Positions 37,894 to 48,456 of a stretch of 64,000 nucleotides of DNA are shown here, in pieces (the first letter of the stretch is position 1; each line of letters starts with the position of its first letter). The notes below the pieces were generated by a model that searched no databases, was not told the DNA's origin, and was given only the letters and a program-made list of their open reading frames with translations. The DNA is from Nitrosopumilus sp. (GTDB lineage: Archaea; Thermoproteota; Nitrososphaeria; Nitrososphaerales; Nitrosopumilaceae), in assembly GCA_965218785.1 (NCBI GenBank), contig OZ244650.1, positions 96,001-160,000 of the forward strand. The letters are read 5' to 3'. Made by a program: the position numbers and the translations under genes.

Positions 37894-38733
37894 CTACGCA
37901 AATTCCTTTGCTTTTCTAATGTTCTCAAAGTCGTCCCTGTCATCATCAATCGGGGTCTCTAAAATTATTGGAATTTTTTTCCTGTTTGCAAATTTTATGA
38001 TCTGGGATATTCCCTCCTCGCCGATTCCACCCAGACCCAGATGGTAGTGCCTGTCAAGGTTGCATCCCATCTCGCCCCTTGCATCATTTAGATGTAGAAT
38101 CTTTAAATTTTCTATTCCCACGTATCTGTCAAATTCCTCGAATGTCTCCTTGACTTTTTCCTTGGTTCTCAAATCATATCCTGAAACAAATGCATGACAG
38201 GAATCAAGACAGATGCCAAACTTTTTTGCCGGCTTTAGCTGCTTGAAGATCTCCCCCAGCTGTTTGAATTCAGAACCAACAGAATTTTTCTGGCCTGCCG
38301 TGTTCTCCAATAAAATTACCACGTCGTTTTTTGTCTGGCCTGCCTTTGTCAAGCCCTTTACCAGTTTTTTGATTCCCGCCTCATCACCGGTTCCAAGATG
38401 GCTTCCAAGATGTGTCACCAGATATGGAATTCCCAGCTGGGCACACCGCTCGACTTCACCGAGTAATGTCTTTAATGATTTTTCAAATCCGTCATCCTTT
38501 GGAGTCGCAAGATTTGGCAGATACGGCATGTGTGCACAGATTGCAAGCCTGTCAATGTTGCTCTTTTTTAATTTTGACTTGAAATTAGAGATGTCTTCCT
38601 CGGTGAGTTCCTTTGCATGCCATCCCCTTGGATTCCTGGTAAATATCTGAAACGCAGAGCATTTTCTTTCAACGGCGTTATCTACTGCCTTGTCAATTGA
38701 TCCTGATATTGAGACGTGGCATCCGATCTGCAT
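37894..38733 (-). CDS. nfo: Endonuclease IV
   Basis: HMPYLPNL, LENTAG, DSCH, HLND, DRH and ETP. Confidence 0.95.
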   Translation of the reverse strand: MQIGCHVSISGSIDKAVDNAVERKCSAFQIFTRNPRGWHAKELTEEDISNFKSKLKKSNIDRLAICAHMPYLPNLATPKDDGFEKSLKTLLGEVERCAQLGIPYLVTHLGSHLGTGDEAGIKKLVKGLTKAGQTKNDVVILLENTAGQKNSVGSEFKQLGEIFKQLKPAKKFGICLDSCHAFVSGYDLRTKEKVKETFEEFDRYVGIENLKILHLNDARGEMGCNLDRHYHLGLGGIGEEGISQIIKFANRKKIPIILETPIDDDRDDFENIRKAKEFA

Positions 38734-38988
38734 ATTACAACGTCTTTCCAGAACAATTTAAACACTTTTTTACAGTTTATTTGGAGGCAGAACCGATTTG
38801 GGCTTTGAATCGTCAGCAGGGCAGATGCTGGATTTTGCAGTTAATATTATATCAAAACAAGTCCAAGCCCTCGATCTATAGATCATAATATATAGAATCT
38901 GCCGATCTTTGCCATCAGACACGTATTCATGTATAACAGATACAAATCATAAAACCAGATTTTTAAGTAAATAACGTGAATCACTATC

Positions 38989-40014
38989 ATGCTTGCATTA
39001 GGACAGGATGAAATTGCAAAATACCCGTTTTTAGCAGATGCCGGCCAGTATCTCAAAGACAAAGGATTCACACTAGAGCAGTTTGGCACGGATCCTGATC
39101 TAAAACCCCTAGTTGAAAAGGCGTTTGCCCGAATCCTGGTTGCAGCAGAGGGGGACGTCTACAAGTCTAATTTGACAGGAGATAAAGTATCAAAGGAGGC
39201 GGCACTACCACTGGAGGTCTTTTCATTTCTGCTGGCCATCGTATTATTGAAACTAACCGGAATGCACACCCTGATCAAGCGATTTTCACTTGCAGAGGCA
39301 AGACGTGCAGAAAAATATCTTGAAAGGGATCTGGCAAACATCTCAGACGAGTCAAAAAAACAGCTGGCAATCAGAGTAATCAACGATCTTTTCTCAGTCA
39401 AAGTTGAAAAGATAGATGACTACTTTGTCATTCCAGTCTCGGACTATCTAAAACACTCGATTAATTTTCATGAAAGAGAATGGAAGCTAGTTAACAGGCG
39501 TGTGGAGGGCGGACAGGTGTTTCTTACCCCGCATGAGACTGTCAGACTGATAAGAAGGGAACTGGGAACATACATCAGCTCAAAAATTATCGGCGGAAAA
39601 ACCCCTGGGATGATTCCCGGATTCGAAGAGTTTGTAGCCAGACTTTATGCACTCTCAAAAAAATTTGCAACATTTACCGTGGATACCGGAGTGTATCCTC
39701 CATGCATAAAACATGCAGTTGCCGTGCTTGAAAAAGGCGAGAATCTGCCACATTCTGGAAGATTCATGCTTGCCACCTTTCTGTTATCAAAAGGCCAGAC
39801 AATCGAACAGATTGCACCGCTGTTTAAAAACGCCCCGGACTACAAAGAACGAGTCACGTTATACCAGCTGAACCACCTGGCAGGAACCACTGGGGGCGGC
39901 ACGCGGTATTCCTGCCCCTCGTGTGAAAAACTAAAGACACAAAATCTTTGTTTTGCCATACCTGAATGTGATAATATCATCAATCCCATACAGTTTGGAA
40001 GGAAGAGAAAATGA
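38989..40014 (+). CDS. priL: DNA primase large subunit
   Basis: KYPFL, YPPCI, NLPHSGRF and YSCPSCEKL...LC. Confidence 0.93.
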   Translation: MLALGQDEIAKYPFLADAGQYLKDKGFTLEQFGTDPDLKPLVEKAFARILVAAEGDVYKSNLTGDKVSKEAALPLEVFSFLLAIVLLKLTGMHTLIKRFSLAEARRAEKYLERDLANISDESKKQLAIRVINDLFSVKVEKIDDYFVIPVSDYLKHSINFHEREWKLVNRRVEGGQVFLTPHETVRLIRRELGTYISSKIIGGKTPGMIPGFEEFVARLYALSKKFATFTVDTGVYPPCIKHAVAVLEKGENLPHSGRFMLATFLLSKGQTIEQIAPLFKNAPDYKERVTLYQLNHLAGTTGGGTRYSCPSCEKLKTQNLCFAIPECDNIINPIQFGRKRK

Positions 40015-41144
40015 GAGAACCTGACATCCGGTTCCTGGAGGACTCTTTTAAAAAATATTATTTCGAGCATTCTGATCTGATCCAGGTACCACTACGTTCT
40101 ATGGAAAGAGAGTACGGCTATCAGAAATTTAATTCCGGAATGAACCGCCACATCTCAATTAAAGACGACAAGGAACTACACCTGTTATTTATGCAAAACA
40201 TTCCCTCGGATGTTTATTGCTCCAATGCCTGTTACACATTTCCAAATTTACCGATGAATGAAAAAGACTGGAAGGAGGCGGATCTGATCTTTGATATTGA
40301 CGCAAAGGATCTTGATCTACCATGCAGGGAGAATCACACGGTATCAATATGCAGTGACTGCAACAAGACCACAAAAAATTCAGGATCGCACTGTCCTGAA
40401 TGCAACTCTACAAAAATAGAAAAAAAATCCCTGCCATGCAAAATCTGCATTGATTCTTCAAAGAAACAGGTGGATAATCTAAAAAAGATTCTGATTGCCG
40501 ACCTTGGAGTAGATGCCAAGGACATCCACGTTTATTTTTCTGGCAACGAGGGGTTTCATGTCTACGTGTATAACTCACAGTTTCAGCAGATCGGATCCAA
40601 GGAAAGATCCGATCTGGTGGATTACATCATGTTTAATGGCGCCATTCCAGAGACGTTTGGAATGAAAAAATTCAAACCAAAAAAAGAGCTGTTTCCAAAC
40701 TTGGATGAAAAGGGATGGCGGGGAAGATTTGCCAAAAATGCCTTTGGCTCCAAATCAAACCGTGCAAAGATGGTCTCCCAGCTGACCAAGAACCCCACGG
40801 GTCAGTACCCGCTGTTTCAAGATATGCTTGTTACTGCCTCCGATGAGATCGGGGTAAAAATTGATCCCAACGTAACAACGGATATCCACAGAATCTTCAG
40901 GCTTCCTGGCTCCATTAACAGCAAAAGCGGACTGACAAAAATTCATTGTGATGACTTGGCAAGCTTTGAGCCATATTCTGATGCATGTCTTCTTGGTGAT
41001 GAACTAGTGGAGATATCTGCAAATTCCCCGGTAAAATTCTCTCTTAAAAACCATAAATTCGGTCCATACGCAAATGAAACAATCGCGGTTCCAACATATG
41101 CCGCAGCATACATGATATGCAAGAAACTGGCAACAATGGCTTGA
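40011..41144 (+). CDS. priS: DNA primase small subunit
   Basis: LIFDIDAKD, FSGNEGFH and ID..VT.DIHRIFRLPGS; extended Zn-binding insert. Confidence 0.93.
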   Translation: MREPDIRFLEDSFKKYYFEHSDLIQVPLRSMEREYGYQKFNSGMNRHISIKDDKELHLLFMQNIPSDVYCSNACYTFPNLPMNEKDWKEADLIFDIDAKDLDLPCRENHTVSICSDCNKTTKNSGSHCPECNSTKIEKKSLPCKICIDSSKKQVDNLKKILIADLGVDAKDIHVYFSGNEGFHVYVYNSQFQQIGSKERSDLVDYIMFNGAIPETFGMKKFKPKKELFPNLDEKGWRGRFAKNAFGSKSNRAKMVSQLTKNPTGQYPLFQDMLVTASDEIGVKIDPNVTTDIHRIFRLPGSINSKSGLTKIHCDDLASFEPYSDACLLGDELVEISANSPVKFSLKNHKFGPYANETIAVPTYAAAYMICKKLATMA

Positions 41145-41185
41145 TTTTGCTGGGAAGACATTAATTTACCAAATCACAAGAAAAT

Positions 41186-44080
41186 TTGATTTTGTATAGC
41201 GCCGCCACAGACAAACCGTCTCCACCTCCTGATACTGGAAAATTCATCAGATTGGGCATAATTGCCATTATAGGAGTCGTCATCTTTGCCCTGGCCGGAA
41301 ATCAGGCAGTAATCCTATCGATGAATTTTACCGAGTTTGGCGACCAGTTTACCAAACCGCTTTATTACACCCTTGTATCCTCGGTAATTCTTTCTGCGAT
41401 CGCACTAGTCCGCGTAAATATTCTTGGAAGATCCTCGATTATGTGGTATACAATTAACACGGCAATCAGGTTTGTCGGCAGCAGCGGACAGCAGCAGCCC
41501 GTCTCAAACAGCATTCCCAGCTTCCAGAATTACAAACTAAGTTCCATACAGTTTGTCCTCTGGCAGATTACCAAGATCCTGCTCTTTGGGGCATTCTTTG
41601 CAAACATCATGTTCGGATTTGCAGCAGTATCATTTATTGACGGCAACACCCTAGGAGTTGAAAACCTGCCCAAATTATTCTCCCTGCCGTTTGTAACTCC
41701 GGAGACTGATCCCAACTATGCAGCTGAAAACGTCGTCCCGCTGATTCCCGCGCTGCTGATACTGCTTCCGCCGGTACTAGGGGCAATCGGACTGCGTCTG
41801 ATTTTGTATGTCGGTATTCACAGATTTATCAATGTTATAACCTCCTTTGTTAAGGACTCTGATGAAGGCAAGCCCAGATATCTCAACTATGTCTCAACTA
41901 TCGAAGGAATAATCGGCATCGGTGTAATATGGGCGGGATTCAACCTCTTCTTTACTGACGAGATCGATTACAACACACGGTATGTGATCGGCGGCGTACT
42001 TGTAACTGGCTTTGCATTAATTGCATTCTCGGTAATTGACAGAATACGTGCACGCGTCCTGACCCACATGTTCAAGAGGGATGTATACATCAGAATACTG
42101 ACAATGGCAGTAATTGCAGTCATTGTACTGGGTGTTGTTTCTGTAAATAACAGCATTGCAGATGCAAAGAAGGTTGAATTTCTAGGACCTTATACGGCCC
42201 AACAAATCGGAGTTAACCGATATCTTGGCGAACTAAACGACATACAGGAGAACACACACGACGTGGAGCTGACATCAGTCTCGCCAAACAACATCCAGAA
42301 TTATGTGAACCAAAACAGCGATGTCTTGGATGTAATCCGGATCTGGGACTGGCAGGCAGCCTCCCTCAAATTAAAGCCTGAGATCGGACTGATTCCATAT
42401 GTTGACTTTGAGGACAATGACATTCTTCGTTTTAACAACACGCTGTATTGGACTGCCTCGATGAAGCCTATTTTGCCATCGTCAGTCAGCCTTGCCAACA
42501 CGTGGTATAACGAACATCTTGTTTACACCCACGTGCCAAACGGATTCCTTACTCTTGGGGCAACAGACGGCCAGATTGTCGATAGCAGTGAATTCTTCAA
42601 ACAAAGGGAGATCTACTACGGCGAGGGCGGATTATTTGAATTCGACGAGGAGGAGGATTTCTTTGATGATACGTGGTCTGCCTATCCCGAGTCGCGAATG
42701 CCTGAAACAAGCGCCGAGCTTGGAGGCGCGTTTTACTCCGGGACGGGAGGACTAGATGTCCTGCCACCATTAAGCTGGATCTTTGAACCCAACTTCCTGC
42801 TTTCATTTCCAACTGAATCCGTACACATCATGAGACACAGGGACGTCCACGACAGAATGGAGACGCTGTACCCCTACTTTTTGTATGATCTGTTTGGAAA
42901 GGAACTCGATTCCCTTCCAGTCACTGACGGCAAGGATTCATACTGGCTGGTTCCGCTTATTATCGGATTTGATACGCGTGATGTTCCGTGGTCCAATGGA
43001 AACCATTACCTGCGTTTGGTGGGTTACGCGCTTATAGATACGTACGATGGCGATATCCAGCTCTTAAAGACCGGGGATGATTTCTTCTCGGAGATGTTTG
43101 CCAGTCAGTATGCAGAGCAGTTCAAACCGATACCGGCATGGTTAGAAGAGCAGATCAGGTATCCTGTTGAACTCTTTAACTGGAAGACAGAGATGTACAA
43201 CATTTACCACGTCACTGATGCTGAGACGTTTATCCAGGCCAACGAATTCTATGAGATTCCAAGGGGTCTTGACACGTATTACGTTGAGGCAAAACCCCCG
43301 GGTTTTGAGCAGACAGAGTTTCTAGGACTGCTCTCCTTGGAGCTGAGGGGTTCACAGGGCAGAAACCTTGCCGGATACATGATAGTTGAAAATGATCTCG
43401 CTGATCTGGGAAACCTGCAGTTTTATGAGGTCCCGCTAAATTCCACGACCAAGCTGATAGGCCCCACCGCAGTCAGGGAGGCATTAGACCGGGATCCGGA
43501 GTTTGCCCAGCTAAACACCCTTTTGCGGGACCCCAGAATCGGTGATAATATTCTGTACCGCGTAGGTGATCATGATGTCTACTTTATTCCGGTGTATACT
43601 GCCGGTGCCGGGGGTGTTGTTGCACAGCTGGGTACCATCGCAGCAGTAGGTGCGGCATTTAACGGTGAATACTTTGTCGGACTAGGTGAGACGCAGGAGA
43701 AGGCCTTTGAGGCATATCTGAAAAAGGTTTCAGGTGTGGCATCAGCTGTAACTGCCGTTGATGATGCATATGTTGAACTAGAAAAGGATGACAGAATTGA
43801 CATTATTAAATCGGTGTTCCGGGAAAACGATATCATGATTGCCGAACCTACAACCGTCCAGGTTCCGCTGTTATTTAACGAGGGACAGCTGTTCTTCTTT
43901 ACTGAAAATGATCGTGAGGATACAATAGAGTTTCTGACTGCCTTTATTGATGACTTTGTAAAACCACGCAGCGACCGTGTATTTATCTGGCAGGAGGAGA
44001 CCAACCTTAACATCGGTACGGTATTTGTCAAAGATGACCTTCCTGAGATGCATTATATCTCAATAGAGGTAGGCAACTAA
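41186..44080 (+). CDS. UPF0182 family membrane protein
   Basis: Multi-TM N-terminus; IRIWD, HLVYTH, IYYGE and RYP.ELF. Confidence 0.85.
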   Translation: MILYSAATDKPSPPPDTGKFIRLGIIAIIGVVIFALAGNQAVILSMNFTEFGDQFTKPLYYTLVSSVILSAIALVRVNILGRSSIMWYTINTAIRFVGSSGQQQPVSNSIPSFQNYKLSSIQFVLWQITKILLFGAFFANIMFGFAAVSFIDGNTLGVENLPKLFSLPFVTPETDPNYAAENVVPLIPALLILLPPVLGAIGLRLILYVGIHRFINVITSFVKDSDEGKPRYLNYVSTIEGIIGIGVIWAGFNLFFTDEIDYNTRYVIGGVLVTGFALIAFSVIDRIRARVLTHMFKRDVYIRILTMAVIAVIVLGVVSVNNSIADAKKVEFLGPYTAQQIGVNRYLGELNDIQENTHDVELTSVSPNNIQNYVNQNSDVLDVIRIWDWQAASLKLKPEIGLIPYVDFEDNDILRFNNTLYWTASMKPILPSSVSLANTWYNEHLVYTHVPNGFLTLGATDGQIVDSSEFFKQREIYYGEGGLFEFDEEEDFFDDTWSAYPESRMPETSAELGGAFYSGTGGLDVLPPLSWIFEPNFLLSFPTESVHIMRHRDVHDRMETLYPYFLYDLFGKELDSLPVTDGKDSYWLVPLIIGFDTRDVPWSNGNHYLRLVGYALIDTYDGDIQLLKTGDDFFSEMFASQYAEQFKPIPAWLEEQIRYPVELFNWKTEMYNIYHVTDAETFIQANEFYEIPRGLDTYYVEAKPPGFEQTEFLGLLSLELRGSQGRNLAGYMIVENDLADLGNLQFYEVPLNSTTKLIGPTAVREALDRDPEFAQLNTLLRDPRIGDNILYRVGDHDVYFIPVYTAGAGGVVAQLGTIAAVGAAFNGEYFVGLGETQEKAFEAYLKKVSGVASAVTAVDDAYVELEKDDRIDIIKSVFRENDIMIAEPTTVQVPLLFNEGQLFFFTENDREDTIEFLTAFIDDFVKPRSDRVFIWQEETNLNIGTVFVKDDLPEMHYISIEVGN

Positions 44081-44620
44081 TTGCTTCTTGTTGTTGATAA
44101 CGGCTCTATTTACACAAAAAATTTAACTGATCTTTTAACCAGAAAAAATATCTCTTTTACAATAAAGACCCCCGACACGTTGGATCTTAACTCACTTTCA
44201 GATTATGATTCTGTAATATTATCTGGACGAAGAAAATACGAGAAAAAAATCAATCTAGTCAACTCCAAAGTTATTAATCACTCGATCAAATCCAACGTAA
44301 AATTACTGGGAATCTGTTATGGTGCGGAGATTCTGTCCCTTGCCCTGGGGGGGACAATTCGAAGAACCGCACCTCAAAAGGGCAACCAAACAGTTAGTGT
44401 CATACAAGAAAATCCAATCGCCTGTGATTCTTTGAAGGTCTTTGAAAGCCACGGATTTGAGATAGCCAAACTGCCTGGTACGCTGATCTCACTTGCAGAA
44501 TCTGAAAACTGCAGATATGAGATTATCCAGTATGAGAAAAAACCAATCTTTGGAACCCAGTTTCATCCCGAGATGAGTCTGGATGGCCATGATCTGATTG
44601 AAAAATTCTGCTCACTTTGA
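44081..44620 (+). CDS. Class I glutamine amidotransferase (GMP synthase A-like)
   Basis: VDNGS, LGICYG and GTQFHPE. Confidence 0.9.
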   Translation: MLLVVDNGSIYTKNLTDLLTRKNISFTIKTPDTLDLNSLSDYDSVILSGRRKYEKKINLVNSKVINHSIKSNVKLLGICYGAEILSLALGGTIRRTAPQKGNQTVSVIQENPIACDSLKVFESHGFEIAKLPGTLISLAESENCRYEIIQYEKKPIFGTQFHPEMSLDGHDLIEKFCSL

Positions 44621-45616
44621 TTGATTTTAATAACTCCAAAGATTCCCTTGTTCATGCAAGAAGAAGATCACGGGTTACTACTACCCATAGTTGATGAAGA
44701 AAACACATGTCTTCCATTACCGATTAACGTGGTGTCAAAATACTGGAACATCGAGCTGTCCATGTCCCAGGCTGTGGAGACTGCAAAAAAGTATTCGGGA
44801 TTTGAGGGAAGCATCATTATTGAGGGAATAGAGTCCGCTGAAAGACAGGGACTGACATGCAAGATACTCAACTCTTCTTTATCAGAATTAAAAAAGGTAA
44901 TTGATGCGGGCATGCCTCCAATCGTCATTCTTCCGGGAATTCCAGAGATCACGCAGCACGCATCTGTGATTACCGGGTATAACAACGAGGAAAAAACGAT
45001 TCTGCATTATGTTCAAAAAGGCAGTCAGAAGGGAGAACCACAGGAGGGGGCGATACCGCAGGATATCTTTGATAAGGAATGGTCCGAAGAGGGAAGACTG
45101 TTGATGGTGCTTGCACCATCTGATGTTATCTCTTCTGTAAATCTTGAAAACGATTCCGGTGAGAAATCAAACAGGCTGTGCTTTGCTTCTGAAAGATTCA
45201 ATATTTTAGGAGACGACTCTGCCGCACTTGAATCATTAAAACAGGCCATCGAGCTTGATCCAAACAACCAGACTGCGTTACATCTGCTAGGTGCTGTATT
45301 AAACGGGCAAAATTCCTCTGAATGCATAAAGTTTTATGAAAAGTGCCTGCAAATCAACAACAGATCATATCTGACCTGCAACGGTCTGGGAAATTTTTAT
45401 CTCAAATCAAACCAGTTTGAAAAGGCAGAAAAATATTACACCCGGGCCATTGACATCAATCCCAAAAGATCTGCTAAAATCTACAAAAACCGCGCTTATC
45501 TTAGGGAAAAGCAGAAGAGAAATTCTGATGCCAAAGATGATTTGAAAAATTATCTGAAATACTTTCCACGTGCCCCCGACAGGGGAGTAATAGAGCAGGC
45601 CATTAGAGAACTGTGA
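44621..45616 (+). CDS. Peptidase C39-like domain + TPR protein
   Basis: N-terminal ENTCLP...QHASVITGY; C-terminal TPR repeats. Confidence 0.75.
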   Translation: MILITPKIPLFMQEEDHGLLLPIVDEENTCLPLPINVVSKYWNIELSMSQAVETAKKYSGFEGSIIIEGIESAERQGLTCKILNSSLSELKKVIDAGMPPIVILPGIPEITQHASVITGYNNEEKTILHYVQKGSQKGEPQEGAIPQDIFDKEWSEEGRLLMVLAPSDVISSVNLENDSGEKSNRLCFASERFNILGDDSAALESLKQAIELDPNNQTALHLLGAVLNGQNSSECIKFYEKCLQINNRSYLTCNGLGNFYLKSNQFEKAEKYYTRAIDINPKRSAKIYKNRAYLREKQKRNSDAKDDLKNYLKYFPRAPDRGVIEQAIREL

Positions 45617-45690
45617 TGCGGAGTGCGGGATTTGAACCCGCGGCCTTCAGCTTGGGAAGCTGACGTCATACCAGACTAAACTAACTCCGC
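45617..45690 (-). tRNA. tRNA-Gly (CCC)
   Basis: Reverse complement folds as a cloverleaf: GCGGAGT/ACTCCGC acceptor, TCAGC-TTCCCAA-GCTGA anticodon arm and GGTTCAAATCC T-loop. Confidence 0.97.
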
Positions 45691-45969
45691 CCGCAGTTCT
45701 ATGACCTGCCCACTAATGATTTTTCTCTTTTAGATGGATTTGCTATCTGGCAGGCCTTTTTTGCGCACCATCCCAACTGTAAGAAACCAGAAAAGATTAG
45801 TTTGTGTGTATTTAATCCAACTTTGAAGAAATTAACGCAGGCAAGTTTTCAGATCATAATCCGATGTGTGATCATGCAGATCTGCTTATCTAACAGACAT
45901 AACAAACAGGAGAAAATGGGTACATAATTTAATAAACCTCCGAAAATCTATTCATACAGGAACGTTATA

Positions 45970-46128
45970 ATGAATCCAAATGAACCAATTGTCCTCACAG
46001 GTAAAAATGCAAGAGCGTTTGAAAAATATCAGAAAACAAAGGCTACGAAAAAAGAGATAGCATATTTCAAAAAGGCAGAAGAGTATTATCTTAGACACTC
46101 AAACCTGCAACTAGCCACAGGAAAATAA
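45970..46128 (+). CDS. Putative 52-aa protein (not in the ORF track)
   Basis: MNPNEPIVLTGKNARAFEKYQKTKATKKEIAYFKKAEEYY... Confidence 0.45.
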   Translation: MNPNEPIVLTGKNARAFEKYQKTKATKKEIAYFKKAEEYYLRHSNLQLATGK

Positions 46129-46328
46129 TATAATTGCCACTATCTTACGTATTCATATATGTAGAGCGTTCCTGTTCAACGACTCCTGCAACTGTTCTTT
46201 TTAGGTAATCCCGAGTCTCAAGGTTATAGTTGATGCTTTTTTTCAAAAAATATTTGCAAATTAAAAAATCTACATGCGGCAGAAATAGTTAATGTGCAAA
46301 AAGGCTGACTGCCTGCTATTACACCATG

Positions 46329-47420
46329 CTATTTGGACAGGGAATCGGCAATTTCTTCTAACTGCCTCTTGATCTCCTTCTCAGTATCTTTTGCCGTATC
46401 TCTGATGGCTTCCGTAGATTTGTCAATATTGGTACACTGTAATTTGATTTTTCTCAAATCCACGATCTTTTGCTGGATCTCTGCTGTTTTTTCTAAAATC
46501 TTTGAAGCATCCACCGTCTTTTCTTTTGTAACCTCCAACCGTAATCTTGCCCTGGCCCATTTGTAGGCAATATGAATAATCTCACCATCAATCTTTGCAT
46601 CACCCTCACTGTTTTCCACTGCACATATCAGATGATTTCTGTCATATTCATTGAACCACCCAACATTTTTCGGAAGTGAATCTTTGTTTTTTGCAACAAA
46701 GATACCGTAATCAGCTTCCCTGTTCTCTATGGCCTCTTTCAATTCTTTATGAATCTCATTTTGAGAGATACTGCTCTTGTTTTTCATCTCAAAAACAATC
46801 TTCTTTCCAATATCTGCCAATGTCAAAACAAAATCACCCTTCTTTGAACCAGTTACTTTTCCCCTCGTGGTACTTGTTGCTTCTAATTTGTCGCCGTGAA
46901 TTCTTGCAATCCACTGTAGTTTGCTCTCACACTCAACCTCAAAATCCAATCCTTTTTTTGTCCCCCTCTCTTCAGATTCTTTGAGTTCCTCATTAATTCC
47001 AAGCTTCAGTTTTATCTGATCCAGATTCTCATCCAATTCCCTCTTTAGAGAATGCAGCGGACTTCCTTCGCGGTTTGGATTGAACAACTCTTTGATAATT
47101 TGACCGTCTTCTCCAAAATGATCTTTTATGACTTCAGAAAACTGACCCTTATCTCCAAACGCGGCATCTAATTTCTGTGAAAAATTTGAATCGAGATTTT
47201 CAAACGCCTTTTCAACATAACTCACATTCTCAGACGTGCCAATTGACCTGGTTACCGTGATTCCAATTCTTAGCAACTGCAATAATTTTTCCTCCAAATC
47301 CTGTGATTCACTCAAATTTTGAAAAAAAGTGACAACATCACTGTCACTAATCGTAAGATCACTCAGATACAGTTTGTCATCATTTAACACGATGTTGCTT
47401 TCCTGTTCTTTTGTGGCCAT
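46329..47420 (-). CDS. Coiled-coil PD-(D/E)XK nuclease-like protein (RmuC/DUF2130-like)
   Basis: Coiled coils flank KKGLDFE...KKGDFV...IVFEMKN...AIENREADYGIFV. Confidence 0.65.
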   Translation of the reverse strand: MATKEQESNIVLNDDKLYLSDLTISDSDVVTFFQNLSESQDLEEKLLQLLRIGITVTRSIGTSENVSYVEKAFENLDSNFSQKLDAAFGDKGQFSEVIKDHFGEDGQIIKELFNPNREGSPLHSLKRELDENLDQIKLKLGINEELKESEERGTKKGLDFEVECESKLQWIARIHGDKLEATSTTRGKVTGSKKGDFVLTLADIGKKIVFEMKNKSSISQNEIHKELKEAIENREADYGIFVAKNKDSLPKNVGWFNEYDRNHLICAVENSEGDAKIDGEIIHIAYKWARARLRLEVTKEKTVDASKILEKTAEIQQKIVDLRKIKLQCTNIDKSTEAIRDTAKDTEKEIKRQLEEIADSLSK

Positions 47421-47621
47421 GTAAGATCGATCTTTATTGTCTAGTATTTATTAGATCATGCATCCGAGGCAGATGTCAGTCTTTAAGAATAAACTCGTTC
47501 TTTTTTAGAATAATATCATCGGTACCTGCTGCATCTTGGCAGAGAAACAACCGGCTGAAACAAAGACCTGCCATCCAATAACTATTGTACCTACATCAAC
47601 AATTATGATTAAATATCTTGA

Positions 47622-47810
47622 TTGATAAAACCATACATGGATGCAAAATGCCCCGAATGCTGTAAAGTAGCAGTCTTGGATGATGATGTCACAAAAGTAA
47701 AGTGCCCCCACTGCAACTTTGAGGCAGACTATGACGCCTATATCGAAATTATGAAGGACCAGGCAATCAACATGTCATCTGACTATATTCCAGACAGGTC
47801 CGGATTGTAA
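47622..47810 (+). CDS. Small Zn-ribbon protein
   Basis: CPEC...CPHC; the likely true start is MDAKC. Confidence 0.7.
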   Translation: MIKPYMDAKCPECCKVAVLDDDVTKVKCPHCNFEADYDAYIEIMKDQAINMSSDYIPDRSGL

Positions 47811-47814
47811 CTAA

Positions 47815-47937
47815 CTACCAATAACTCCCCTTGTCTGAGCAATCCAGATGGGATCCGCAGTTGGGACAGAACATGTGACAGGCCTGCATGTCGACCATCT
47901 TGCCATCGCACTTGGGACACCTGATCTCTTTTTCCAT
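47815..47937 (-). CDS. Zinc-finger micro-protein (40 aa; not in the ORF track)
   Basis: MEKEIRCPKCDGKMVDMQACHMFCPNCGSHLDCSDKGSYW*. Confidence 0.7.
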   Translation of the reverse strand: MEKEIRCPKCDGKMVDMQACHMFCPNCGSHLDCSDKGSYW

Positions 47938-48011
47938 GCCTACCTTGGGACATCTTGATTTAAAAATAATGACCAAAGGTTAATTAGTCGTTCAATTTTT
48001 TTTCAGGATAC

Positions 48012-48425
48012 TTGGCTAACTTCAAACTTACCATCTCAGATATCAAGGGAAGATCCGTCTCAAAAGAACTCAAAGACAGTGATGCAAGCCCCCTGCTTGG
48101 ATTACAGCTGGGAAATCAGACTGATGCTGCAATTATAGGACTGGATGGAAATCTAAAACTCACGGGAGGAAGTGACAAGTCCGGCGTCCCCATGAGAAAC
48201 GACATTCACGGCGCGGCAAGAAAATACGTCCTGCTTTCAAAGGGAGTTGGTCTGCAGGATGCAGAAACCGGACAAAGAGTAAGAAAGTTAATGCGGGGAA
48301 ATACGGTATCAGAAGAAATCTATCAGATAAACTGCAAATTTGACGGCGAACTGCCAGCAGAAGCACCCACCGAAGATGCGGCAGCAGCATCCACGGAAGA
48401 AAAAGCTAAAGATAAAAAAGAATAG
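48012..48425 (+). CDS. rps6e: 30S ribosomal protein S6e
   Basis: LTGGSDKSGVPMR.D and RVRKLMRGN. Confidence 0.95.
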   Translation: MANFKLTISDIKGRSVSKELKDSDASPLLGLQLGNQTDAAIIGLDGNLKLTGGSDKSGVPMRNDIHGAARKYVLLSKGVGLQDAETGQRVRKLMRGNTVSEEIYQINCKFDGELPAEAPTEDAAAASTEEKAKDKKE

Positions 48426-48456
48426 CTTAACATATACCGATTTTATATTTTGACTC

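Noticed and set aside
38786-38902. Possible structured RNA between nfo and priL (ggcaga/tctgcc, gggctt/aagccc)
   Set aside because: Only 6-bp stems in a divergent promoter region; could easily be chance
45617-45690. tRNA-Gly as the attachment site of an integrated element
   Set aside because: No duplicated tRNA fragment or integrase found, and the tRNA 3' end abuts a core gene
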